Positions 41,417-55,104 of a stretch of DNA of 64,000 nt are shown here, piece by piece. The position numbers were made by a program, and so were the translations under genes. The stretch is taken from NCBI GenBank assembly GCA_964057225.1, contig OZ059895.1, forward strand, positions 1,054,001-1,118,000. The letters are read 5' to 3'. The notes under the pieces were generated by a model. That model saw nothing but the letters and a program-made list of their open reading frames with translations, searched no databases and was not told the origin of the DNA. This DNA comes from Auanema rhodensis. Lineage: Eukaryota > Animalia > Nematoda. How positions within the stretch are numbered: position 1 is the first letter of the stretch; each line of letters opens with the position of its first letter.

Positions 41417-44224
41417 GCTTAAAAATGCACCGAGATATCAACTGATATAAGTTCACACTTATATCCTCGATTTTCACCCTGAAGAATTAATTTTTTCGTT
41501 GAATAACATTGTCCATCGTCTTTGCCTTGAAAAAAGGAATCTAAAAACATCTACTTTTTGCTAAATTATTTCGAAATTTTTCGAAAAAATTTTTGTCAAA
41601 ATGTTTTTGGAAGCAATGTTGAGTGTACATGGAAACTCAACATACACTAATGCATCATTTTTCAAACGATCATAACTAATTTTTGTATTAAGCGTTTCTC
41701 AATGTAGTATAGTGCATTCGATGCGGATTTTTAAGCTGCGTCGATCTGTGTTATCAGATTTGCGCTAGCTTAAAAATGCACCGAGATATCAACTGATATA
41801 AGTTCACACTTATATCCTCGATTTTCACCCTGAAGATTTAATTTTTTCGTTGAATAACATTGTCCATCGTCTTTGCCTTGAAAAATGGAATCTAAAAACA
41901 TCTACTTTTTGCTAAATTATTTTGAAATTTTTCGAAAAAATTTTTGTCAAAATGTTTTTGGAAGCAATGTTGAGTGTACATGGAAACTCAACATACACTA
42001 ATGCATCATTTTTCAAACGATCATAACTAATTTATGTATTAAGCGTTTCTCAATGTAGTATAGTGCATTCGATGCGGATTTTTAAGCTGCGTCGATCTGT
42101 GTTATCAGATTTGCGCTAGCTTAAAAATGCACCGAGATATCAACTGATATAAGTTCACACTTATATCCTCGATTTTCACCCTGAAGAATTAATTTTTTCG
42201 TTGAATAACATTGTCCATCGTCTTTGCCTTGAAAAAAGGAATCTAAAAACATCTACTTTTTGCTAAATTATTTTGAAATTTTTCGAAAAAATTTTTGTCA
42301 AAATGTTTTTGGAAGCAATGTTGAGTGTACATGGAAACTCAACATACACTAATGCATCATTTTTCAAACGATCATAACTAATTTTTGTATTAAGCGTTTC
42401 TCAATGTAGTATAGTGCATTCGATGCGGATTTTTAAGCTGCGTCGATCTGTGTTATCAGATTTGCGCTAGCTTAAAAATGCACCGAGATATCAACTGATA
42501 TAAGTTCACACTTATATCCTCGATTTTCACCCTGAAGATTTAATTTTTTCGTTGAATAACATTGTCCATCGTCTTTGCCTTGAAAAATGGAATCTAAAAA
42601 CATCTACTTTTTGCTAAATTATTTTGAAATTTTTCGAAAAAATTTTTGTCAAAATGTTTTTGGAAGCAATGTTGAGTGTACATGGAAACTCAACATACAC
42701 TAATGCATCATTTTTCAAACGATCATAACTAATTTTTGTATTAAGCGTTTCTCAATGTAGTATAGTGCATTCGATGCGGATTTTTAAGCTGCGTCGATCT
42801 GTGTTATCAGATTTGCGCTAGCTTAAAAATGCACCGAGATATCAACTGATATAAGTTCACACTTATATCCTCGATTTTCACCCTGAAGAATTAATTTTTT
42901 CGTTGAATAACATTGTCCATCGTCTTTGCCTTGAAAAAAGGAATCTAAAAACATCTACTTTTTGCTAAATTATTTCGAAATTTTTCGAAAAAATTTTTGT
43001 CAAAATGTTTTTGGAAGCAATGTTGAGTGTACATGGAAACTCAACATACACTAATGCATCATTTTTCAAACGATCATAACTAATTTTTGTATTAAGCGTT
43101 TCTCAATGTAGTATAGTGCATTCGATGCGGATTTTTAAGCTGCGTCGATCTGTGTTATCAGATTTGCGCTAGCTTAAAAATGCACCGAGATATCAACTGA
43201 TATAAGTTCACACTTATATCCTCGATTTTCACCCTGAAGATTTAATTTTTTCGTTGAATAACATTGTCCATCGTCTTTGCCTTGAAAAATGGAATCTAAA
43301 AACATCTACTTTTTGCTAAATTATTTTGAAATTTTTCGAAAAAATTTTTGTCAAAATGTTTTTGGAAGCAATGTTGAGTGTACATGGAAACTCAACATAC
43401 ACTAATGCATCATTTTTCAAACGATCATAACTAATTTTTGTATTGAGCGTTTCTCAATGCAGTATAGTGCATTCGATGCGGATTTTTAAGCTGCGTCGAT
43501 CTGTGTTATCAGATTTGCGCTAGCTTAAAAATGCACCGAGATATCAACTGATATAAGTTCACACTTATATCCTCGATTTTCACCCTGAAGAATTAATTTT
43601 TTCGTTGAATAACATTGTCCATCGTCTTTGCCTTGAAAAAAGGAATCTAAAAACATCTACTTTTTGCTAAATTATTTTGAAATTTTTCGAAAAAATTTTT
43701 GTCAAAATGTTTTTGGAAGCAATGTTGAGTGTACATGGAAACTCAACATACACTAATGCATCATTTTTCAAACGATCATAACTAATTTTTGTATTAAGCG
43801 TTTCTCAATGTAGTATAGTGCATTCGATGCGGATTTTTAAGCTGCGTCGATCTGTGTTATCAGATTTGCGCTAGCTTAAAAATGCACCGAGATATCAACT
43901 GATATAAGTTCACACTTATATCCTCGATTTTCACCCTGAAGATTTAATTTTTTCGTTGAATAACATTGTCCATCGTCTTTGCCTTGAAAAATGGAATCTA
44001 AAAACATCTACTTTTTGCTAAATTATTTTGAAATTTTTCGAAAAAATTTTTGTCAAAATGTTTTTGGAAGCAATGTTGAGTGTACATGGAAACTCAACAT
44101 ACACTAATGCATCATTTTTCAAACGATCATAACTAATTTTTGTATCAAGCGTTTCTCGATGTAGTATAGTGCATTCGTAGCGGATTTTTAAGCTGCGTCG
44201 ATCTGTGTTATCAGATTTGCGCTA
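41417..44224. repeat. Alternating dimer (702-bp period)
   Basis: T70+T119+T156 monomers at 41768, 42470, 43172 and 43874 alternate with near-consensus monomers. Confidence 0.8.
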
Positions 44225-47200
44225 GCTTAAAAATGCACCGAGATATCAACTGATATAAGTTCACACTTATATCCTCGATTTTCACGCTGAAGAATTAATT
44301 TTTTCGTTGAATAACATTGTCCATCGTCTTTGCCTTGAAAAAAGGAATCTAAAAACATCTACTTTTTGCTAAATTATCTTGAAATTTTTCGAAAAAATTT
44401 TTGTCAAAATGTTTTTGGAAGCAATGTTGAGTGTACATGGAAACTCAACATACACTAATGCATCATTTTTCAAACGATCATAACTAATTTATGTATTAAG
44501 CGTTTCTCAATGTAGTATAGTGCATTCGATGCGGATTTTTAAGCTGCGTCGATCTGTGTTATCAGATTTGCGCTAGCTTAAAAATGCACCGAGATATCAA
44601 CTGATATAAGTTCACACTTATATCCTCGATTTTCACGCTGAAGAATTAATTTTTTTGTTGAATAACATTGTCCATCGTCTTTGCCTTGAAAAAAGGAATC
44701 TAAAAACATCTACTTTTTGCTAAATTATCTTGAAATTTTTCGAAAAAATTTTTGTCAAAATGTTTTTGGAAGCAATGTTGAGTGTACATGGAAACTCAAC
44801 ATACACTAATGCATCATTTTTCAAACGATCATAACTAATTTTTGTATTAAGCGTTTCTCAATGTAGTATAGTGCAATCGATGCGGATTTTTAAGCTGCGT
44901 CGATCTGTGTTATCAGACTTGCGCTAGCTTAAAAATGCACCGAGATATCAACTGATATAAGTTCACACTTATATCCTCGATTTTCACCCTGAAGAATTAA
45001 TTTTTTCGTTGAATAACATTGTCCATCGTCTTTGCCTTGAAAAAAGGAATCTAAAAACATCTACTTTTTGCTAAATTATTTTGAAATTTTTCGAAAAAAT
45101 TTTTGTCAAAATGTTTTTGGAAGCAATGTTGAGTGTACATGGAAACTCAACATACACTAATGCATCATTTTTCAAACGATCATAACTAATTTTTGTATTA
45201 AGCGTTTCTCAATGTAGTATAGTGCATTCGATGCGGATTTTCAAGCTGCGTCGATCTGTGTTATCAGATTTGCGCTAGCTTAAAAATGCACCGAGATATC
45301 AACTGATATAAGTTCACACTTATATCCTCGATTTTCACGCTGAAGAATTAATTTTTTCGTTGAATAACATTGTCCATCGTCTTTGCCTTGAAAAAAGGAA
45401 TCTAAAAACATCTACTTTTTGCTAAATTATTTCGAAATTTTTCGAAAAAATTTTTGTCAAAATGTTTTTGGAAGCAATGTTGAGTGTACATGGAAACTCA
45501 ACATACACTAATGCATCATTTTTCAAACGATCATAACTAATTTTTGTATTAAGCGTTTCTCAATGTAGTATAGTGCATTCGATGCGGATTTTTAAGCTGC
45601 GTCGATCTGTGTTATCAGATTTGCGCTAGCTTAAAAATGCACCGAGATATCAACTGATATAAGTTCACATTATATCCTCGATTTTCACCCTGAAGAATTA
45701 ATTTTTTTGTTGAATAACATTGTCCATCGTCTTTGCCTTGAAAAAAGGAATCTAAAAACATCTACTTTTTGCTAAATTATTTCGAAATTTTTCGAAAAAA
45801 TTTTTGTCAAAATGTTTTTGGAAGCAATGTTGAGTGTACATGGAAACTCAACATACACTAATGCATCATTTTTCAAACGATCATAACTAATTTTTGTATT
45901 AAGCGTTTCTCAATGCAGTATAGTGCATTCGATGCGGATTTTTAAGCTGCGTCGATCTGTGTTATCAGATTTGCGCTAGCTTAAAAATGCACCGAGATAT
46001 CAACTGATATAAGTTCACACTTATATCCTCGATTTTCACCCTGAAGAATTAATTTTTTCGTTGAATAACATTGTCCATCGTCTTTGCCTTGAAAAAAGGA
46101 ATCTAAAAACATCTACTTTTTGCTAAATTATTTCGAAATTTTTCGAAAAAATTTTTGTCAAAATGTTTTTGGAAGCAATGTTGAGTGTACATGGAAACTC
46201 AACATACACTAATGCATCATTTTTCAAACGATCATAACTAATTTTTGTATTAAGCGTTTCTCAATGTAGTATAGTGCATTCGATGCGGATTTTTAAGCTG
46301 CGTCGATCTGTGTTATCAGATTTGCGCTAGCTTAAAAATGCACCGAGATATCAACTGATATAAGTTCACACTTATATCCTCGATTTTCACGCTGAAGAAT
46401 TAATTTTTTCGTTGAATAACATTGTCCATCGTCTTTGCCTTGAAAAAAGGAATCTAAAAACATCTACTTTTTGTTAAATTATTTCGAAATTTTTCGAAAA
46501 AATTTTTGTCAAAATGTTTTTGGAAGCAATGTTGAGTGTACATGGAAACTCAACATACACTAATGCATCATTTTTCAAACAATCATAACTAATTTTTGTA
46601 TTAAGCGTTTCTCAATGTAGTATAGTGCAATCGATGCGGATTTTTAAGCTGCGTCGATCTGTGTTATCAGACTTGCGCTAGCTTAAAAATGCACCGAGAT
46701 ATCAACTGATATAAGTTCACACTTATATCCTCGATTTTCACCCTGAAGAATTAATTTTTTCGTTGAATAACATTGTCCATCGTCTTTGCCTTGAAAAAAG
46801 GAATCTAAAAACATCTACTTTTTGCTAAATTATTTTGAAATTTTTCGAAAAAATTTTTGTCAAAATGTTTTTGGAAGCAATGTTGAGTGTACATGGAAAC
46901 TCAACATACACTAATGCATCATTTTTCAAACGATCATAACTAATTTTTGTATTAAGCGTTTCTCAATGTAGTATAGTGCATTCGATGCGGATTTTTAAGC
47001 TGCGTCGATCTGTGTTATCAGATTTGCGCTAGCTTAAAAATGCACCGAGATATCAACTGATATAAGTTCACACTTATATCCTCGATTTTCACGCTGAAGA
47101 ATTAATTTTTTCGTTGAATAACATTGTCCATCGTCTTTGCCTTGAAAAAAGGAATCTAAAAACATCTACTTTTTGTTAAATTATTTCGAAATTTTTCGAA

Positions 47201-49488
47201 AAAATTTTTGTCAAAATGTTTTTGGAAGCAATGTTGAGTGTACATGGAAACTCAACATACACTAATGCATCATTTTTCAAACAATCATAACTAATTTTTG
47301 TATTAAGCGTTTCTCAATGCAGTATAGTGCATTCGATGCGGATTTTTAAGCTGCGTCGATCTGTGTTATCAGATTTGCGCTAGCTTAAAAATGCACCGAG
47401 ATATCAACTGATATAAGTTCACACTTATATCCTCGATTTTCACCCTGAAGAATTAATTTTTTCGTTGGATAACATTGTCCATCGTCTTTGCCTTAAAAAA
47501 AGGAATCTAAAAACATCTACTTTTCGCTAAATTATTTTGAAATTTTTCGAAAAAATTTTTGTCAAAATGTTTTTGGAAGCAATGTTGAGTGTACATGGAA
47601 ACTCAACATACACTAATGCATCATTTTTCAAACGATCATAACTAATTTATGTATTAAGCGTTTCTCAATGTAGTATAGTGCATTCGATGCGGATTTTTAA
47701 GCTGCGTCGATCTGTGTTATCAGATTTGCGCTAGCTTAAAAATGCACCGAGATATCAACTGATATAAGTTCACACTTATATCCTCGATTTTCACGCTGAA
47801 GAATTAATTTTTTCGTTGAATAACATTGTCCATCGTCTTTGCCTTGAAAAAAGGAATCTAAAAACATCTACTTTTTGCTGAATTATCTTGAAATTTTTCG
47901 AAAAAATTTTTGTCAAAATGTTTTTGGAAGCAATGTTGAGTGTACATGGAAACTCAACATACACTAATGCATCATTTTTCAAACGATCATAACTAATTTT
48001 TGTATTAAGCGTTTCTCAATGCAGTATAGTGCATTCGATGCGGATTTTTAAGCTGCGTCGATCTGTGTTATCAGATTTGCGCTAGCTTAAAAATGCACCG
48101 AGATATCAACTGATATAAGTTCACACTTATATCCTCGATTTTCACCCTGAAGAATTAATTTTTTCGTTGAATAACATTGTCCATCGTCTTTGCCTTGAAA
48201 AAAGGAATCTAAAAACATCTACTTTTTGCTGAATTATCTTGAAATTTTTCGAAAAAATTTTTGTCAAAATGTTTTTGGAAGCAATGTTGAGTGTACATGG
48301 AAACTCAACATACACTAATGCATCATTTTTCAAACAATCATAACTAATTTTTGTATTGAGCGTTTCTCAATGCAGTATAGTGCATTCGATGCGGATTTTT
48401 AAGCTGCGTCGATCTGTGTTATCAGATTTGCGCTAGCTTAAAAATGCACCGAGATATCAACTGATATAAGTTCACACTTATATCCTTGATTTTCACCCTG
48501 AAGATTTAATTTTTTCGTTGAATAACATTGTCCATCGTCTTTGCCTTGAAAAATGGAATCTAAAAACATCTACTTTTTGCTAAATTATTTCGAAATTTTT
48601 CGAAAAAATTTTTGTCAAAATGTTTTTGGAAGCAATGTTGAGTGTACATGGAAACTCAACATACACTAATGCATCATTTTTCAAACAATCATAACTAATT
48701 TTTGTATTGAGCGTTTCTCAATGCAGTATAGTGCATTCGATGCGGATTTTTAAGCTGCGTCGATCTGTGTTATCAGATTTGCGCTAGCTTAAAAATGCAC
48801 CGAGATATCAACTGATATAAGTTCACACTTATATCCTTGATTTTCACCCTGAAGATTTAATTTTTTCGTTGAATAACATTGTCCATCGTCTTTGCCTTGA
48901 AAAATGGAATCTAAAAACATCTACTTTTTGCTAAATTATTTTGAAATTTTTCGAAAAAATTTTTGTCAAAATGTTTTTGGAAGCAATGTTGAGTGTACAT
49001 GGAAACTCAACATACACTAATGCATCATTTTTCAAACGATCATAACTAATTTATGTATTAAGCGTTTCTCAATGTAGTATAGTGCATTCGATGCGGATTT
49101 TTAAGCTGCGTCGATCTGTGTTATCAGATTTGCGCTAGCTTAAAAATGCACCGAGATATCAACTGATATAAGTTCACACTTATATCCTCGATTTTCACGC
49201 TGAAGAATTAATTTTTTCGTTGAATAACATTGTCCATCGTCTTTGCCTTGAAAAAAGGAATCTAAAAACATCTACTTTTTGCTAAATTATCTTGAAATTT
49301 TTCGAAAAAATTTTTGTCAAAATGTTTTTGGAAGCAATGTTGAGTGTACATGGAAACTCAACATACACTAATGCATCATTTTTCAAACGATCATAACTAA
49401 TTTTTGTATTAAGCGTTTCTCAATGTAGTATAGTGCATTCGATGCGGATTTTTAAGCTGCGTCGATCTGTGTTATCAGATTTGCGCTA

Positions 49489-52400
49489 GCTTAAAAATGC
49501 ACCGAGATATCAACTGATATAAGTTCACACTTATATCCTCGATTTTCACGCTGAAGAATTAATTTTTTCGTTGAATAACATTGTCCATCGTCTTTGCCTT
49601 GAAAAAAGGAATCTAAAAACATCTACTTTTTGCTAAATTATTTCGAAATTTTTCGAAAAAATTTTTGTCAAAATGTTTTTGGAAGCAATGTTGAGTGTAC
49701 ATGGAAACTCAACATACACTAATGCATCATTTTTCAAACGATCATAACTAATTTTTGTATTAAGCGTTTCTCAATGCAGTATAGTGCATTCGATGCGGAT
49801 TTTTAAGCTGCGTCGATCTGTGTTATCAGATTTGCGCTAGCTTAAAAATGCACCGAGATATCAACTGATATAAGTTCACACTTATATCCTCGATTTTCAC
49901 CCTGAAGAATTAATTTTTTCGTTGAATAACATTGTCCATCGTCTTTGCCTTGAAAAAAGGAATCTAAAAACATCTACTTTTTGCTATATTATTTCGAAAT
50001 TTTTCGAAAAAATTTTTGTCAAAATGTTTTTGGAAGCAATGTTGAGTGTACATGGAAACTCAACATACACTAATGCATCATTTTTCAAACGATCATAACT
50101 AATTTTTGTATTAAGCGTTTCTCAATGTAGTATAGTGCAATCGATGCGGATTTTTAAGCTGCGTCGATCTGTGTTATCAGACTTGCGCTAGCTTAAAAAT
50201 GCACCGAGATATCAACTGATATAAGTTCACACTTATATCCTCGATTTTCACCCTGAAGAATTAATTTTTTCGTTGAATAACATTGTCCATCGTCTTTGCC
50301 TTGAAAAAAGGAATCTAAAAACATCTACTTTTTGCTAAATTATTTTGAAATTTTTCGAAAAAATTTTTGTCAAAATGTTTTTGGAAGCAATGTTGAGTGT
50401 ACATGGAAACTCAACATACACTAATGCATCATTTTTCAAACGATCATAACTAATTTTTGTATTAAGCGTTTCTCAATGTAGTATAGTGCATTCGATGCGG
50501 ATTTTTAAGCTGCGTCGATCTGTGTTATCAGATTTGCGCTAGCTTAAAAATGCACCGAGATATCAACTGATATAAGTTCACACTTATATCCTCGATTTTC
50601 ACGCTGAAGAATTAATTTTTTCGTTGAATAACATTGTCCATCGTCTTTGCTTTGAAAAAAGGAATCTAAAAACATCTACTTTTTGTTAAATTATTTCGAA
50701 ATTTTTCGAAAAAATTTTTGTCAAAATGTTTTTGGAAGCAATGTTGAGTGTACATGGAAACTCAACATACACTAATGCATCATTTTTCAAACGATCATAA
50801 CTAATTTTTGTATTAAGCGTTTCTCAATGTAGTATAGTGCATTCGATGCGGATTTTTAAGCTGCGTCGATCTGTGTTATCAGATTTGCGCTAGCTTAAAA
50901 ATGCACCGAGATATCAACTGATATAAGTTCACACTTATATCCTCGATTTTCACCCTGAAGAATTAATTTTTTCGTTGAATAACATTGTCCATCGTCTTTG
51001 CCTTGAAAAAAGGAATCTAAAAACATCTACTTTTTGCTAAATTATTTCGAAATTTTTCGAAAAAATTTTTGTCAAAATGTTTTTGGAAGCAATGTTGAGT
51101 GTACATGGAAACTCAACATACACTAATGCATCATTTTTCAAACAATCATAACTAATTTTTGTATTAAGCGTTTCTCAATGCAGTATAGTGCATTCGATGC
51201 GGATTTTTAAGCTGCGTCGATCTGTGTTATCAGATTTGCGCTAGCTTAAAAATGCACCGAGATATCAACTGATATAAGTTCACACTTATATCCTCGATTT
51301 TCACCCTGAAGAATTAATTTTTTCGTTGGATAACATTGTCCATCGTCTTTGCCTTAAAAAAAGGAATCTAAAAACATCTACTTTTTGCTAAATTATTTTG
51401 AAATTTTTCGAAAAAATTTTTGTCAAAATGTTTTTGGAAGCAATGTTGAGTGTACATGGAAACTCAACATACACTAATGCATCATTTTTCAAACGATCAT
51501 AACTAATTTTTGTATTAAGCGTTTCTCAATGTAGTATAGTGCATTCGATGCGGATTTTTAAGCTGCGTCGATCTGTGTTATCAGATTTGCGCTAGCTTAA
51601 AAATGCACCGAGATATCAACTGATATAAGTTCACACTTATATCCTTGATTTTCACCCTGAAGATTTAATTTTTTCGTTGAATAACATTGTCCATCGTCTT
51701 TGCCTTGAAAAATGGAATCTAAAAACATCTACTTTTTGTTAAATTATTTTGAAATTTTTCGAAAAAATTTTTGTCAAAATGTTTTTGGAAGCAATGTTGA
51801 GTGTACATGGAAACTCAACATACACTAATGCATCATTTTTCAAACGATCATAACTAATTTATGTATTAAGCGTTTCTCAATGTAGTATAGTGCATTCGAT
51901 GCGGATTTTTAAGCTGCGTCGATCTGTGTTATCAGATTTGCGCTAGCTTAAAAATGCACCGAGATATCAACTGATATAAGTTCACACTTATATCCTCGAT
52001 TTTCACCCTGAAGAATTAATTTTTTCGTTGAATATCATTGTCCATCGTCTTTGCCTTGAAAAAAGGAATCTAAAAACATCTACTTTTTGCTAAATTATTT
52101 CGAAATTTTTCGAAAAAATTTTTGTCAAAATGTTTTTGGAAGCAATGTTGAGTGTACATGGAAACTCAACATACACTAATGCATCATTTTTCAAACGATC
52201 ATAACTAATTTTTGTATTAAGCGTTTCTCAATGCAGTATAGTGCATTCGATGCGGATTTTTAAGCTGCGTCGATCTGTGTTATCAGATTTGCGCTAGCTT
52301 AAAAATGCACCGAGATATCAACTGATATAAGTTCACACTTATATCCTCGATTTTCACGCTGAAGAATTAATTTTTTCGTTGAATAACATTGTCCATCGTC

Positions 52401-55104
52401 TTTGCCTTGAAAAAAGGAATCTAAAAACATCTACTTTTTGCTAAATTATTTCGAAATTTTTCGAAAAAATTTTTGTCAAAATGTTTTTGGAAGCAATGTT
52501 GAGTGTACATGGAAACTCAACATACACTAATGCATCATTTTTCAAACGATCATAACTAATTTTTGTATTAAGCGTTTCTCAATGCAGTATAGTGCATTCG
52601 ATGCGGATTTTTAAGCTGCGTCGATCTGTGTTATCAGATTTGCGCTAGCTTAAAAATGCACCGAGATATCAACTGATATAAGTTCACACTTATATCCTCG
52701 ATTTTCACCCTGAAGAATTAATTTTTTCGTTGAATAACATTGTCCATCGTCTTTGCCTTGAAAAAAGGAATCTAAAAACATCTACTTTTTGCTATATTAT
52801 TTCGAAATTTTTCGAAAAAATTTTTGTCAAAATGTTTTTGGAAGCAATGTTGAGTGTACATGGAAACTCAACATACACTAATGCATCATTTTTCAAACGA
52901 TCATAACTAATTTTTGTATTAAGCGTTTCTCAATGTAGTATAGTGCAATCGATGCGGATTTTTAAGCTGCGTCGATCTGTGTTATCAGACTTGCGCTAGC
53001 TTAAAAATGCACCGAGATATCAACTGATATAAGTTCACACTTATATCCTCGATTTTCACCCTGAAGAATTAATTTTTTCGTTGAATAACATTGTCCATCG
53101 TCTTTGCCTTGAAAAAAGGAATCTAAAAACATCTACTTTTTGCTAAATTATTTTGAAATTTTTCGAAAAAATTTTTGTCAAAATGTTTTTGGAAGCAATG
53201 TTGAGTGTACATGGAAACTCAACATACACTAATGCATCATTTTTCAAACGATCATAACTAATTTTTGTATTAAGCGTTTCTCAATGTAGTATAGTGCATT
53301 CGATGCGGATTTTTAAGCTGCGTCGATCTGTGTTATCAGATTTGCGCTAGCTTAAAAATGCACCGAGATATCAACTGATATAAGTTCACACTTATATCCT
53401 CGATTTTCACGCTGAAGAATTAATTTTTTCGTTGAATAACATTGTCCATCGTCTTTGCTTTGAAAAAAGGAATCTAAAAACATCTACTTTTTGTTAAATT
53501 ATTTCGAAATTTTTCGAAAAAATTTTTGTCAAAATGTTTTTGGAAGCAATGTTGAGTGTACATGGAAACTCAACATACACTAATGCATCATTTTTCAAAC
53601 GATCATAACTAATTTTTGTATTAAGCGTTTCTCAATGTAGTATAGTGCATTCGATGCGGATTTTTAAGCTGCGTCGATCTGTGTTATCAGATTTGCGCTA
53701 GCTTAAAAATGCACCGAGATATCAACTGATATAAGTTCACACTTATATCCTCGATTTTCACCCTGAAGAATTAATTTTTTCGTTGAAAAACATTGTCCAT
53801 CGTCTTTGCCTTGAAAAAAGGAATCTAAAAACATCTACTTTTTGCTAAATTATTTCGAAATTTTTCGAAAAAATTTTTGTCAAAATGTTTTTGGAAGCAA
53901 TGTTGAGTGTACATGGAAACTCAACATACACTAATGCATCATTTTTCAAACAATCATAACTAATTTTTGTATTAAGCGTTTCTCAATGCAGTATAGTGCA
54001 TTCGATGCGGATTTTTAAGCTGCGTCGATCTGTGTTATCAGATTTGCGATAGCTTAAAAATGCACCGAGATATCAACTGATATAAGTTCACACTTATATC
54101 CTCGATTTTCACCCTGAAGAATTAATTTTTTCGTTGGATAACATTGTCCATCGTCTTTGCCTTAAAAAAAGGAATCTAAAAACATCTACTTTTTGCTAAA
54201 TTATTTTGAAATTTTTCGAAAAAATTTTTGTCAAAATGTTTTTGGAAGCAATGTTGAGTGTACATGGAAACTCAACATACACTAATGCATCATTTTTCAA
54301 ACGATCATAACTAATTTTTGTATTAAGCGTTTCTCAATGTAGTATAGTGCATTCGATGCGGATTTTTAAGCTGCGTCGATCTGTGTTATCAGATTTGCGC
54401 TAGCTTAAAAATGCACCGAGATATCAACTGATATAAGTTCACACTTATATCCTTGATTTTCACCCTGAAGATTTAATTTTTTCGTTGAATAACATTGTCC
54501 ATCGTCTTTGCCTTGAAAAATGGAATCTAAAAACATCTACTTTTTGTTAAATTATTTTGAAATTTTTCGAAAAAATTTTTGTCAAAATGTTTTTGGAAGC
54601 AATGTTGAGTGTACATGGAAACTCAACATACACTAATGCATCATTTTTCAAACGATCATAACTAATTTATGTATTAAGCGTTTCTCAATGTAGTATAGTG
54701 CATTCGATGCGGATTTTTAAGCTGCGTCGATCTGTGTTATCAGATTTGCGCTAGCTTAAAAATGCACCGAGATATCAACTGATATAAGTTCACACTTATA
54801 TCCTCGATTTTCACCCTGAAGAATTAATTTTTTCGTTGAATATCATTGTCCATCGTCTTTGCCTTGAAAAAAGGAATCTAAAAACATCTACTTTTTGCTA
54901 AATTATTTCGAAATTTTTCGAAAAAATTTTTGTCAAAATGTTTTTGGAAGCAATGTTGAGTGTACATGGAAACTCAACATACACTAATGCATCATTTTTC
55001 AAACAATCATAACTAATTTTTGTATTAAGCGTTTCTCAATGCAGTATAGTGCATTCGATGCGGATTTTTAAGCTGCGTCGATCTGTGTTATCAGATTTGC
55101 GCTA
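49489..55104. repeat. 8-monomer (2808-bp) tandem duplication
   Basis: Variants GCTATATT (copies at 49840/52648), TTGCTTTG (50542/53350) and GAATATCA (51946/54754) recur at 2808 bp. Confidence 0.9.
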
